Positions 21,363-30,970 are shown, counted from the first letter of the stretch. The stretch: DNA of 38,339 bases from an uncultured Candidatus Saccharibacteria bacterium (GCA_964455225.1 CAYVUT010000001.1:18247-56585), one strand, 5' to 3'. The notes: generated by a model from the letters alone, not told the origin. Program-made: numbers and translations.

Positions 21363-23729
21363 ATGTCGAAAGCCGTTAAGACCGCATCAAAACCAGTCGT
21401 TATTGCGAAAGCGAAAGAAGAAAAATCGGTCTCTCGAGAGACGGCGCGCTACAGCGCGCTCGTGCCGCACATTGAGAAGCGCGACGGTCGCATGGTGCCG
21501 TTCGATTTCGATAAGATCGCGGCGGCAATCCACAAAGCGATGCTCGCTTCAGAGGAAGGTGATCAGGATGACGCGACCCTCGTCGCACATCAGGTGGCAG
21601 GAGAGCTCGCGCGCTTCGCAAAGAAGTACAAAAACTTCCTCCCGACCGTCGAAGGCATACAGGATTCGGTGGAGAAGCATCTGATTTTGAATGATTACGT
21701 CAAAACGGCGAAGGCGTACATCCTGTATCGCGACAAGCGCGCACAGATGCGTGCGGAGCAGGTGGAAGTGCCGCAGCGCGTGCGAGATCTCGCTGAAGAG
21801 AGCGCGCAGTATTTCAAAGATAACGCGCTCGGAGAGTTCGTCTACTTGCGCACTTATGCGAAATGGATTCCTGAAGAAGGTCGCCGCGAGACTTGGATTG
21901 AGACCGTTGATCGCTACATGGGATTCATGCGCGAGAATCTCGGCGAGAAGCTCACGGAAAAAGAATATGCGGAAGTGCGCACGGCAATCCTGAAACAGGA
22001 GATCATGCCCTCGATGCGCCTCATGCAGTTTGCAGGAGAGGCAGCGCGCCGCGACAACATCTGTGCATACAACTGCTCATACATCGCACCGTCGAAGCTC
22101 GAAGATTTTGCCGAAATCATGTATGTCTCGATGCGTGGTACGGGCGTAGGCTACTCCGTGGAGAGTCAGAATGTGCAGGCGCTCCCGCAGATCAAATATC
22201 AGACGGGAGAGAAGCTGGCGGACCACATTGTCGCAGACTCCGCTGAAGGCTGGGCGAACGCGCTCACGGCCGGACTCAAGGCGTGGTACGACGGCAAGGA
22301 TATTTCATTCAATCTCTCGCTCATCCGTCCTGCAGGCTCGCGCTTGAAGACCATGGGCGGCAAGGCCTCCGGTCCGGAACCGCTCCGCTCGCTCCTCGCG
22401 TTCGCGCGTGAGCGTGTGCTTGCGCGCCAGGGACGCCGACTGCGCAATATCGATGCGCACGACATCATCTGCAAGATCGGCGAGTGCGTGGTCGCCGGCG
22501 GCGTGCGCCGCTCGGCAATGATCTCGCTCTCTGATCTCGATGACACCGATGTGCGTGACGCGAAGAAAGGCCAGTTCTTCATGACAGATCCGCACCGCTC
22601 GGTTGCGAACAACTCTGCGGTGTACATGGAGAAGCCCGGGAACGAAGAGTTCATGGATGAGTGGGTCGCGCTCATGAAGAGCGGCAGCGGCGAGCGCGGC
22701 ATTTTCAACCGAAGCGGCCTCATCAAGCAGCTTCCGAAGCGGCGCATCGACTACTGGGAGAAGACGGGATATGTCTCGGGCGGTCGCGTGGTCGGTCTTG
22801 CAGGTACGAACCCGTGCGGCGAGATCATCCTCAAATCGAAGCAGTTCTGCAACCTCTCTGAAGTGGTTGCGCGTCCGAAGGACACGAAAGAGTCGCTCGT
22901 GCGCAAGGCGCGCCTCGCGACCATCCTCGGTACCTACCAGTCGACGCTTACCAAGCTGAACTTCCTCTCGAAAGAATGGACCGAGAACTGCGAAAGCGAA
23001 CGGCTCCTCGGTGTCTCCATCACGGGTCAGTGGGACTCGACTGCGGTGCGCGATGCAGAAACGCTTCGTGCGATGCGTGCCGAGACCATCAAGACTAATA
23101 AGAAGTACGCGGAGCGCTTCGGAGTCAATGCGTCGACGGCAATCACCTGCGTGAAGCCCTCAGGTACCGTCTCGCAGACGATCGGCGTTGCTTCCGGCAT
23201 GCATGCTCGCCATGCGCCGTACTACATCCGCCGCATCCGCATCAGCGCGACAGACTCGCTCTTCAAGATGCTGCGCGACCAGGGGATGCCGTATCACCCG
23301 GAGGTCGGCCAGTCGCTTGAAGAGGCGAATACCTATGTGCTTGAGTTCCCGGTCAAATCTCCTGATGGCGCGATCTGCAAAGACGACCTCTCGGCGCTCG
23401 ATCAGCTCGAGCATTGGAAGCTGGTGAAAGAGAACTTCACGGAACATAACCCGTCCGTCACCATTTCGGTCGGCGACAATGAGTGGATTGCCGTTGCAAA
23501 CTGGATTTACGCAAACTGGGACCTGGTGGGCGGCTTGTCGTTCCTCCCGCGCAATAACCACATCTACCAGCTTGCCCCGTACGAGCCGATCTCCAAGGAG
23601 CAGTACGAGACGATGGTCGCGCGCATGCCGAAAGTCGACTACAGCAAGCTCTATGTGTATGAGCGCCAGGACGAAACGGAGCTTAAGAAGGAGTTGGCCT
23701 GCACGAGCGGCGTCTGCGAGATAGTGTAG
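21363..23729 (+). CDS. nrdJ: Adenosylcobalamin-dependent (class II) ribonucleotide reductase with N-terminal ATP-cone
   Basis: ATP-cone IEKRDGRMVPFDFDKIAAAIHKA. Active-site loop GTNPCGEI. The C-terminus has a Cys pair (ELACTSGVCEIV). 788 aa. Confidence 0.9.
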   Translation: MSKAVKTASKPVVIAKAKEEKSVSRETARYSALVPHIEKRDGRMVPFDFDKIAAAIHKAMLASEEGDQDDATLVAHQVAGELARFAKKYKNFLPTVEGIQDSVEKHLILNDYVKTAKAYILYRDKRAQMRAEQVEVPQRVRDLAEESAQYFKDNALGEFVYLRTYAKWIPEEGRRETWIETVDRYMGFMRENLGEKLTEKEYAEVRTAILKQEIMPSMRLMQFAGEAARRDNICAYNCSYIAPSKLEDFAEIMYVSMRGTGVGYSVESQNVQALPQIKYQTGEKLADHIVADSAEGWANALTAGLKAWYDGKDISFNLSLIRPAGSRLKTMGGKASGPEPLRSLLAFARERVLARQGRRLRNIDAHDIICKIGECVVAGGVRRSAMISLSDLDDTDVRDAKKGQFFMTDPHRSVANNSAVYMEKPGNEEFMDEWVALMKSGSGERGIFNRSGLIKQLPKRRIDYWEKTGYVSGGRVVGLAGTNPCGEIILKSKQFCNLSEVVARPKDTKESLVRKARLATILGTYQSTLTKLNFLSKEWTENCESERLLGVSITGQWDSTAVRDAETLRAMRAETIKTNKKYAERFGVNASTAITCVKPSGTVSQTIGVASGMHARHAPYYIRRIRISATDSLFKMLRDQGMPYHPEVGQSLEEANTYVLEFPVKSPDGAICKDDLSALDQLEHWKLVKENFTEHNPSVTISVGDNEWIAVANWIYANWDLVGGLSFLPRNNHIYQLAPYEPISKEQYETMVARMPKVDYSKLYVYERQDETELKKELACTSGVCEIV

Positions 23730-23748
23730 ACGTGTTCTAGGTTTGTAG

Positions 23749-23754
23749 TATAAT
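23749..23754 (+). promoter_or_regulatory. -10 box TATAAT for rnpB
   Basis: gtag-TATAAT-aataga, then the P1 stem begins at about 23761. Confidence 0.5.
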
Positions 23755-23760
23755 AATAGA

Positions 23761-24104
23761 AGGACCGGGCTAGACGATCGCTCTCTGTCTTATGGGCAGA
23801 GGGAGGAAAGTCCGAGCACGACCCTCCGTTATGGAGTGGAGCAGGGTAGCGGGTAACGCCCGTCGTCCGCGAGGATAGAGGTGCCTACAGAGACGCTTCC
23901 GAGCGAAAGCGAGGTTGCGTCTCCGAGCCGAAAGGTTCGGAGATGAGCTCCCCAGGCGACTGGAGAGGTGCAACGAACAAATCCTTACCTTCGTGCAAGG
24001 CCGTATCGCCAATTTTTGGCGGGGTGCCGCTTGAGGTGGCGAGTAATCGCCATCCTAGATACATGATCGTTCACGACAGAACTCGGCTTACCGGCCCGTG
24101 TCCT
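23761..24104 (+). ncRNA. rnpB: RNase P RNA, bacterial type A
   Basis: P4 strands GAGGAAAGTCCGAGC (5') and ACAGAACTCGGCTTAC (3'). The P1 stem pairs AGGACCGGGC with GGCCCGTGTCCT. The GGTAACGCC region is present. Its own terminator follows. The ends are approximate to within a few nt. Confidence 0.9.
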
Positions 24105-24106
24105 AC

Positions 24107-24140
24107 AAAAACCGCCGCACGTTAGTGCGGCGGTTTTTGT
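24107..24140 (+). terminator. Rho-independent terminator of rnpB
   Basis: aaaa-accgccgcac-gtta-gtgcggcggt-ttttgtg. Confidence 0.85.
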
Positions 24141-24219
24141 GTGGATAGCGCGCGGGTGGCAAAGCAGGGTCGGCGGTATACTGGAAGCTATTAGCCGTTA
24201 GCGTACTTTTATCTTTACT

Positions 24220-26598
24220 ATGCCCCCGCAGACTAGTCAGGCTGCTGCGCGCTTCTCCTTCGAGCGCGCCAGCATGTTCGCTCTTATCGGAACTCTCATC
24301 GCGTCGCTCCTTATCGTGCTCCCCGGTCTCCCAGCACCGACGCTTCCCACGAAAGTGTTCGCGCTCGGTCTCGGCACCATCCTCACGCTCGCGCTCTTCG
24401 TGCTCGCACGGCTCACGCGTGGAAACCTCATCCTTCCGCCGCTTGCTCTCTACGGCGCTCTTTGGTTGCCGCTCGTTGCGTACATCCTCTCCACACTCTT
24501 TTCGGGAGCAGGCATGGCCGACGCGGTGTTCGGACGGACCCTTGGAAGCGATACGCTCGGATTCATCGTCGTAGCGACGGTGCTTGGAGCACTCGCAGCA
24601 CTCATCCTGCGTCGGGTTGATCAGTACGCGAGTTTCTGGAAGACGCTCGCGTATGCGTTTGGCGCTATCGTTCTCGCACAGACGCTCATCCTCCTCGTCG
24701 GACAGTTCATTCCTGAGCGTCTCTCACCAGCGTTCTCGCTCCTTGGCTCGTTCGCTGACCTTGGCATGCTCCTTGGTCTTGGCGTCGTACTCACTCTCGT
24801 AACGCTCCGGCTCGCACCGGTTTCTCCTCGCCGGCGCTCATGGCTCCTTGGCGTTGGCGCACTCTCGCTTCTTGTGCTCGCGGTCGTAAACTCCACGCTC
24901 GTATGGACCCTGGTTGCACTCACTGCGCTCGCGCTCTTTGTGGAAGCGGTGATGCAGCGTTCGTCTGCTTCTGCTGAAGGGGATTTGGAGGGCACGATGC
25001 CGCTTGCGGGAGACGATATGGATCATGGAGAAGGGAATCGCCCGCTTGCAGTACCGCTTATCGTACTTGCGGTTGCTCTCTTCTTCCTCTTTGGAAGCAC
25101 GCTTGGAAATGCGCTCGCGTCTAAGCTCGGGGTGAGCGTCCTTTCCGTGCGTCCTTCGTGGCAGTCCACCGTTGCGGTTGGCAGCCAGGTCTACAGCACT
25201 TCGCCGGTGTTTGGTTCTGGTCCGGGCACATTCCGCACGGAGTGGCTGCGCCATCGTGATGCATCCTTGAACCAGACTCTCTTCTGGAACGTCGACTTCA
25301 CGTCTGGTGTCGGATTCATCCCGACAGCCATGGTCACGACTGGCGTCCTCGGCGCGCTCGCCTGGATTGCCTTCCTCGCTCTCTTCCTCTTCTACGGCAT
25401 CCGTACGCTTATCTTCCGCGCATCGGAAGATCCGTCCGTGCGTCTTGCCGCGGTACTCTCGTTCATCGGCGCAAGCTACCTCTTCATCGTTGCATTCCTC
25501 GATGTGCCGAGTGCTCCGCTCATCGCGCTCGCATTCGTGCTTGCGGGCGTGTTCATCTCGACGCTTCGCTTTGCGAAGCTCGGAGGACAGTGGGGCATTT
25601 CCTTCGCGAAGAGCCCACGCGTCGGATTCGTGATCGTCTTCAAGCTCACCCTGCTTCTCCTTGCGTCGATCGGTGCTGCGTATCTCCTCATCGAGCAGTA
25701 CATCGCGCAAGTCGACTTCGCACGCGCTTCTTCCGCACTGAATGCGGGCGACATCGCTGGTGCTGAATCAGCGCTCTCGCACTCGCTCGCGTTCGCGCCC
25801 TCGGCGATCGCGTACACCGCACAAGCACGCATCACGCAGGTAAAACTTCAGCAGATCGCTGCAGGGGGAAACCTGAATAACGCAGACACCGCACAGGAGT
25901 TCCAGGCTGTCCTCTCAGCGGGTATCAACGCGGCAATCACTGGAACCCGCGTTGCGCCGACCGACTATCAGGCATGGCTTGAGCTCGGCAACCTGTACGC
26001 CTTTGTGGTGCCTATCGGCGTAGAAGGCGCAGATGCGAATGCAAAGACGGCATATGAGAAAGCGGCAGAGCTCAATCCGACGAGCCCGCTCATCCCGTAC
26101 GCGCTTGCACAGCTCTCGATCGCTAAGCAGGACACCGCGATGGCACGTGAGTACCTCAAGCAGGCCATCACGCTCAAGCAGAACTACACGGCGGCGATCT
26201 TCCTCCTCTCGCAGCTTGAGGTGCGAGCAGGCAACCTGAAAGAGGCGCTTGCAGCAGCGGAAGCCGCAGCGTACTTCACACCAAATGATCAGAACGTGCT
26301 CTTCCAGCTCGGGCTCCTGCGCGCCGCAAACAACGACACCGACGGCGCTATCGTTGCGCTCGCCAAGGCGGTCGGGGTGAATGCGGAGTTCGCAAACGCA
26401 CGCTACTTCCTCGCAGCAGCGTATGCGAAGAAGGGAGACTTCCCGAAAGCGCTGGCCGAGCTTGAGGCGCTCGCAGCGCTCTCTGAGGAGAATGCGAAAG
26501 CAGTGGCAGATGCCATGGCTAAGCTCTCGGCAGGGAAGAATCCGTTCCCCGCAAACTTGCTCTCGGGTACCGTCGAACCACTCGATTCTGAAGAATAG
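24220..26598 (+). CDS. Polytopic membrane protein, O-antigen ligase/polymerase-like (Wzy_C-type) with C-terminal TPR repeats
   Basis: About 12 hydrophobic helices. A periplasmic-loop motif SPVFGSGPGTFRTEW matches the G-x-G-x-G-x-F pattern typical of O-antigen ligase-like proteins. The C-terminal ~250 aa forms TPR-like helical repeats (AYEKAAELNP..., AREYLKQAITLKQNY..., EALAAAEAAAYFTPND..., ARYFLAAAYAKKGDF). The start codon is uncertain. Confidence 0.6.
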   Translation: MPPQTSQAAARFSFERASMFALIGTLIASLLIVLPGLPAPTLPTKVFALGLGTILTLALFVLARLTRGNLILPPLALYGALWLPLVAYILSTLFSGAGMADAVFGRTLGSDTLGFIVVATVLGALAALILRRVDQYASFWKTLAYAFGAIVLAQTLILLVGQFIPERLSPAFSLLGSFADLGMLLGLGVVLTLVTLRLAPVSPRRRSWLLGVGALSLLVLAVVNSTLVWTLVALTALALFVEAVMQRSSASAEGDLEGTMPLAGDDMDHGEGNRPLAVPLIVLAVALFFLFGSTLGNALASKLGVSVLSVRPSWQSTVAVGSQVYSTSPVFGSGPGTFRTEWLRHRDASLNQTLFWNVDFTSGVGFIPTAMVTTGVLGALAWIAFLALFLFYGIRTLIFRASEDPSVRLAAVLSFIGASYLFIVAFLDVPSAPLIALAFVLAGVFISTLRFAKLGGQWGISFAKSPRVGFVIVFKLTLLLLASIGAAYLLIEQYIAQVDFARASSALNAGDIAGAESALSHSLAFAPSAIAYTAQARITQVKLQQIAAGGNLNNADTAQEFQAVLSAGINAAITGTRVAPTDYQAWLELGNLYAFVVPIGVEGADANAKTAYEKAAELNPTSPLIPYALAQLSIAKQDTAMAREYLKQAITLKQNYTAAIFLLSQLEVRAGNLKEALAAAEAAAYFTPNDQNVLFQLGLLRAANNDTDGAIVALAKAVGVNAEFANARYFLAAAYAKKGDFPKALAELEALAALSEENAKAVADAMAKLSAGKNPFPANLLSGTVEPLDSEE

Positions 26599-26617
26599 TC
26601 GCGGAGTCATCCGCACA

Positions 26618-26652
26618 CGCGAAAAGCCCCGGAAGGGGCTTTTCGCGTGCTT
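26618..26652 (+). terminator. Rho-independent terminator
   Basis: cgcgaaaagcccc-ggaa-ggggcttttcgcg. Confidence 0.75.
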
Positions 26653-26665
26653 AGGAGCGTCCTGG

Positions 26666-26671
26666 TATGAT
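26666..26671 (+). promoter_or_regulatory. Extended -10 box TGgTATGAT, 6 nt before murJ ATG 26678
   Basis: ccTGgTATGAT-gaggca-ATG. Confidence 0.45.
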
Positions 26672-26677
26672 GAGGCA

Positions 26678-28348
26678 ATGGTTCGAGGATTGATGGAGAG
26701 GATTCGCGCACCGATACGCGGCCTGCATGAGGCCGCGTATGTGCTTGCTCTGCTCACGCTCGCATCGCAGGCGCTTGCGCTCCTGCGCGACCGCACGTTC
26801 GCCGACCTCTTTGGCGCAGGACAGACTCTAGACCTCTATTTTGCAGCGTTCCGTATCCCTGATCTCGTGTTCGCGCTCGTCGCCTCGCTCGTCGGCGCAT
26901 ATGTGCTCATTCCCCGCATCTCCGGAGCTGATCCGGCGTCTGTGCGCTCGGTCCTCTCGCAGTCGGTCTCGTTTCTTCTCATCATCGGAGGCGCGATCGG
27001 GCTCGTGCTCTCGGTCTTCATGGCGCCGCTTCTTGCGTTCTTGTATCCGGATCTTGCTGCATCGCCGGATGCTTCCGCATTCATTGCGCTTGCGCGGCTG
27101 CTTCTGCTCCAGCCGATCCTGCTTGGTCTCTCGGGCATCGTGACGAGCGTGACTCAGGTCAATAGGCGCTTCACGCTCTTTGCGCTTTCTCCGGTGCTCT
27201 ACAATCTCGGCATCATCGTGGGCGCGGTACTTCTGTATCCGCTCTGGGGTCTCGTGGGAATCGGAGCGGGTGTCATTTTCGGTGCAGCGCTCCATCTTGC
27301 CATTCATATCCCGCTCCTCATCGAGGGTGGTGTCATGCCACGTCTCACTCGTCCACGTCTTGCGGAGCTACTGCCCCTGATCGCACATTCCGTACCGCGT
27401 TCGTTCGCGCTCCTTATGGGTTCCATCACCGCACTTATTCTGACCATGATTGCGGCTACCATCGCGAATGGAAGCGTTTCCGTGTTCACGCTCGCAGGAA
27501 ACTTGGAAGCGGTACCGCTCGCGCTCATAGGAGTCTCATATGCAGTCGCCGCGTTCCCCGCGCTCTCTGAAGCGTCAGTCGCCGAAAAACGAGAAGAGTT
27601 CACGCGCATACTGGTCGCGTCCGCAAAACACTTGATTCTTTGGTCGCTGATCGCGCTCGGGCTCATTGTGGTGCTTCGGGCGCACCTGGTCCGTACCATC
27701 CTCGGTTCGGGTGCATTCGACTGGGACGCGACGCGTCTTACTGCGGCGATGCTCGCCATCCTCGCGCTAGGGCTCGTAGCGCAAGGACTCGTACTCCTTT
27801 TTTCGCGCGCGCTCTACGCGATACGCGAATCGTGGCGACCTTTCCTCTATAACGTCGGCGGCGGTTGTCTCACCATCGCTCTCGCGCTCTTCTTCCTCTC
27901 ACTGCCGTATGACGGATTTCCGCAGCAGCTTGCCGAGCTGTTCCGAGTGGGAGATGTGCCACACGCCTCAGTACTTCTTCTTGCGCTTGCCTCGACGCTT
28001 GGCCAGATAGCGGTCGCCCTCTTCGCGACGACGCGGCTCGCGCGTCTCTTGCCCGGATTTTTGCGAAGCCTCGTGCGCCCGACGGTTCATGGGATTGCCG
28101 CTTCACTTTTCGGTGCTGTCGCAACATACGCGGTCCTCGCGCTCTTGGGCGATATCGCTCCTTTGACTACGCTTGCCGCGGTCTTTACGGAGGGTCTCAT
28201 CGCAGGTATGGTGGGTCTTATCGTGTCTGCGCTCACGCTTCGGGCGCTTCGGAACGAGGAGTTTGATGACGCGCTCCGCAGCATCAAGCGATTACCGGGC
28301 ATCCGAAGCTTCTTGCCGCCATCGGCCGAAGAGCCTGTGCAGCCATAA
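26678..28348 (+). CDS. murJ: Lipid II flippase MurJ (MviN family)
   Basis: The N-terminus LASQALALLRDRTFADLFGAGQTLDLYFAAFRIPDLVF is typical of MurJ. About 14 TM helices. The ORF-track start 26381 overlaps the upstream gene and its terminator. Confidence 0.88.
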   Translation: MVRGLMERIRAPIRGLHEAAYVLALLTLASQALALLRDRTFADLFGAGQTLDLYFAAFRIPDLVFALVASLVGAYVLIPRISGADPASVRSVLSQSVSFLLIIGGAIGLVLSVFMAPLLAFLYPDLAASPDASAFIALARLLLLQPILLGLSGIVTSVTQVNRRFTLFALSPVLYNLGIIVGAVLLYPLWGLVGIGAGVIFGAALHLAIHIPLLIEGGVMPRLTRPRLAELLPLIAHSVPRSFALLMGSITALILTMIAATIANGSVSVFTLAGNLEAVPLALIGVSYAVAAFPALSEASVAEKREEFTRILVASAKHLILWSLIALGLIVVLRAHLVRTILGSGAFDWDATRLTAAMLAILALGLVAQGLVLLFSRALYAIRESWRPFLYNVGGGCLTIALALFFLSLPYDGFPQQLAELFRVGDVPHASVLLLALASTLGQIAVALFATTRLARLLPGFLRSLVRPTVHGIAASLFGAVATYAVLALLGDIAPLTTLAAVFTEGLIAGMVGLIVSALTLRALRNEEFDDALRSIKRLPGIRSFLPPSAEEPVQP

Positions 28349-28354
28349 CTTTCT

Positions 28355-30154
28355 ATGAACATCCGGAACTTCTCGATAATCGCGCATATCGACCATGGGA
28401 AAAGCACCCTGGCTGACCGGCTCTTGGAAAAGACCGGGACCATCCCAGAGCGCAAGATGCGCGATCAGGTGCTCGATCGCATGGATCTCGAGCGCGAGCG
28501 CGGCATTACTATAAAAATGCAGCCGGTCCGGATGCGATATCAAGCCGCCGACGGCACACCCTACATCCTGAACCTCATCGATACCCCGGGGCATATCGAC
28601 TTTTCGTATGAGGTCTCGCGGGCCCTGAAAGCCGTCGAGGGCGTGCTGCTCCTGGTCGATTCAACGCAGGGCGTGCAGGCGCAGACGCTCACGACGCTTG
28701 AGGCTGCGAAGGCGCAGCAATGCGTCATCGTGCCGGTGGTCTCGAAAATCGACTCTCCCTATGCGCGTGTCGCCGAGGTGAAGGCAGAGCTCGCGAAACT
28801 TCTTTCCGTCTCACCTGACACCGTGCTTGCGGTCTCTGGCAAGAGCGGGGAAGGCGTGAGCGAGCTCCTAGCGGAAATCGTAAAGCGTGTGCCGCCCCCG
28901 AGAGAAAGCCAATCGACTGGCGAGCCGCGCGGTCTCGTCTTCGACTTCTCCTATTCCACGCACCGGGGCATTGCCGTGTATCTGCGTGTGTTCGATGGCG
29001 TGTTTAAGAAGGGTCAGCCGCTTCGCTTCCATGCCGCGGGCAAGGAGTTCATCGCACTTGAGACCGGCATCTTCATGCCTGACGAGACGCCCGCTGAGTC
29101 GCTGTCTGCGGGTGAGATTGGCTACATCGTGACCGGTGTCAAAGAGGCAGGAGTGGTGGCGGTTGGCGACACGGTAGGTGCAGGGAAACCCACGCTCCCG
29201 GCGCTCGGAGGCTTCACGCGCCCGCGTCCGGTGGTCTGGGCGTCTGTCTATCCGGAAAGCCAGGACGACCTGCCCATGCTGCGGCAGGCGCTCGAGCGTC
29301 TGCGTCTTACCGACTCCTCGCTTTCTTTTGAGGAGGAATCGTCGGGCGTGCTCGGCAGAGGGTTCCGCTGCGGCTTTCTCGGCCTCTTGCATCTTGAAAT
29401 AATCACGGAACGTTTGCGCAGAGAATTCGACCTGGCTCTCATCGTCACGATTCCCACCATTTCATACACGGTGACGACCGTACACGGCGTGACGGAGACC
29501 GTGTATACGCCCGCGCGTTTTCCCGAACATGGAGACATCGCCGAAATCCGCGAGCCTTGGGTAAAAGTGATCATCATCACGCCGCCAGAGGCGGTGAGTC
29601 CGCTCGTGCAGATGCTCTACGACCATGAGGCGGAAACGAAAGCCACGGAGATGTATGGCGATGGTCGCATCGAGATGATCGCAGAGATGCCGCTTCGGGA
29701 ACTGATGCGCGGCTTTTTCGATAAGCTCAAGAACGTCTCGTCCGGATACGCGAGCCTCTCGTATGAATTCCTGGATGAGCGTGTCGCTGACGTCGTGCGG
29801 CTCGACATTCTGGTTGCGGAAGAGCCAGTACCTGCGTTTGCGCGAGTCATCGCAAGCAGGCGCATCCAGGAAGAGGCGGAGCACATGGTTGAAAAGCTGC
29901 ACAGCGTCTTGCCCAAACAGCAATTCGTGACAAAGATCCAGGCGCGCGCCAACGGGCGAATCATCGCATCGCGCTCGCTCTCGGCGATGCGCAAGGATGT
30001 TACGGGCTATCTTTATGGCGGCGACGTATCCCGGAAACAGAAACTCCTTCAAAAGCAGAAGCGCGGCAAGAAGAAGCTTCTGGAGCACGGCACGGGCAAG
30101 GTAAACATTCCCGAAGAGGTGTTCATGAAGATGGTGCAGGACACCGACCGGTAG
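28355..30154 (+). CDS. lepA: Translation elongation factor 4 (LepA)
   Basis: IRNFSIIAHIDHGKSTLADRLL, DTPGHIDF and the LepA-specific C-terminal domain (SGYASLSYEF...). 599 aa. Confidence 0.96.
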   Translation: MNIRNFSIIAHIDHGKSTLADRLLEKTGTIPERKMRDQVLDRMDLERERGITIKMQPVRMRYQAADGTPYILNLIDTPGHIDFSYEVSRALKAVEGVLLLVDSTQGVQAQTLTTLEAAKAQQCVIVPVVSKIDSPYARVAEVKAELAKLLSVSPDTVLAVSGKSGEGVSELLAEIVKRVPPPRESQSTGEPRGLVFDFSYSTHRGIAVYLRVFDGVFKKGQPLRFHAAGKEFIALETGIFMPDETPAESLSAGEIGYIVTGVKEAGVVAVGDTVGAGKPTLPALGGFTRPRPVVWASVYPESQDDLPMLRQALERLRLTDSSLSFEEESSGVLGRGFRCGFLGLLHLEIITERLRREFDLALIVTIPTISYTVTTVHGVTETVYTPARFPEHGDIAEIREPWVKVIIITPPEAVSPLVQMLYDHEAETKATEMYGDGRIEMIAEMPLRELMRGFFDKLKNVSSGYASLSYEFLDERVADVVRLDILVAEEPVPAFARVIASRRIQEEAEHMVEKLHSVLPKQQFVTKIQARANGRIIASRSLSAMRKDVTGYLYGGDVSRKQKLLQKQKRGKKKLLEHGTGKVNIPEEVFMKMVQDTDR

Positions 30155-30176
30155 TCCCGGTGAGCGGTTGCGGGGT

Positions 30177-30182
30177 TATACT
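30177..30182 (+). promoter_or_regulatory. -10 box TATACT, 8 nt before ATG 30191
   Basis: gggt-TATACT-agggggta-ATG. Confidence 0.4.
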
Positions 30183-30190
30183 AGGGGGTA

Positions 30191-30529
30191 ATGAAGGCAA
30201 AACAGTGGCGAGACGGACTCTGGATCGGACTCCTGCTTTTGGTAATCGCGTGGCTTGCGCACCTCATCTGGGGTCTTACGGGGAAGGTCTCGATCGCGTT
30301 TACTGAAGCGAAAGAGGTGCAGATGCGCTACGAAGCGCTTGAGGCGCGCCGTAGCGTGCTTGAGTCGGATCTGGCAGTACTTGCGACCTCGCGCGGGAAA
30401 GAAGCTGCGATACGCGAATCGTTCGGCGTTGCAAAGCCCGGTGAAGAGGTTATTGTAGTCGTGCCGCCGGTCGCGGCGACGTCGTCGCCCGAACGTTCGT
30501 GGTGGCAGAGGATTTTGGGTTGGTTTTAA
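30191..30529 (+). CDS. Septum formation initiator family protein (FtsB/DivIC-like)
   Basis: A single N-terminal TM helix, a coiled-coil segment (EVQMRYEALEARRSVLESDLAVL) and the family-typical EAAIRESFGVAKPGEEVIVV. Confidence 0.65.
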   Translation: MKAKQWRDGLWIGLLLLVIAWLAHLIWGLTGKVSIAFTEAKEVQMRYEALEARRSVLESDLAVLATSRGKEAAIRESFGVAKPGEEVIVVVPPVAATSSPERSWWQRILGWF

Positions 30530-30532
30530 TTT

Positions 30533-30603
30533 GCGGGATTGGTTTAGTGGTAGGACGCGACCTTCCCAAGGTTGAGGCGCGAGTTCGATTCTCGCATCCC
30601 GCA
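30533..30603 (+). tRNA. tRNA-Gly, anticodon CCC; CCA not encoded
   Basis: Acceptor GCGGGAT/ATCCCGC plus discriminator A. Anticodon arm CGACC-TTCCCAA-GGTTG. T-arm GCGAG-TTCGATT-CTCGC. It starts 3 nt after the preceding stop codon. Confidence 0.88.
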
Positions 30604-30717
30604 CTCGTTTAGTGGCAGAACCAGCTTTCCGTCGGAAAGCCGATGAAAGTCCGATATTTTGTCTGTGGATAACTCCGCGTGGTATACTTTCTCGCATAGT
30701 CACCAATAGCAATCAGT

Positions 30718-30960
30718 ATGGATAAACCAGTCACCATCTACAGCACCCCGACCTGCCACTTCTGCCACATGACCAAGGAGTTTCTGGCAGAGAAGGGCAT
30801 ACCGTTCACGGATTATGATGTCGCACACGATATGCAGAAGCGACAGGAAATGATCCAGAAGTCCGGCCAGATGGGCGTGCCGGTCATCTTCATCGGTGAC
30901 GAGATGATCATCGGCTTCGACAAAGAGCGCATCGCTTCGACACTCGGTATCGCTGCGTAA
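30718..30960 (+). CDS. Glutaredoxin-like small redox protein
   Basis: The 80-aa product has a thioredoxin fold. Active site TPTCHFC. GVPVIFIGDEMIIGFD resembles the Grx/NrdH-like cis-Pro and GG region. Confidence 0.85.
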   Translation: MDKPVTIYSTPTCHFCHMTKEFLAEKGIPFTDYDVAHDMQKRQEMIQKSGQMGVPVIFIGDEMIIGFDKERIASTLGIAA

Positions 30961-30970
30961 CTGATTAATC

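Noticed and set aside
26381-26677. An N-terminal extension of the murJ ORF that overlaps the end of the upstream TPR gene.
   Set aside because: The extension runs through the upstream gene's stop and its terminator (26618-26652) and is Arg/Ser-rich. MurJ-like sequence and a -10 box point to ATG 26678.
24838-26796. Antisense ORFs of 290 aa and 293 aa opposite the O-antigen-ligase-like/TPR gene.
   Set aside because: Their Arg/Glu/Cys-rich composition is non-protein-like, and they sit fully inside a coherent polytopic membrane protein on the other strand.
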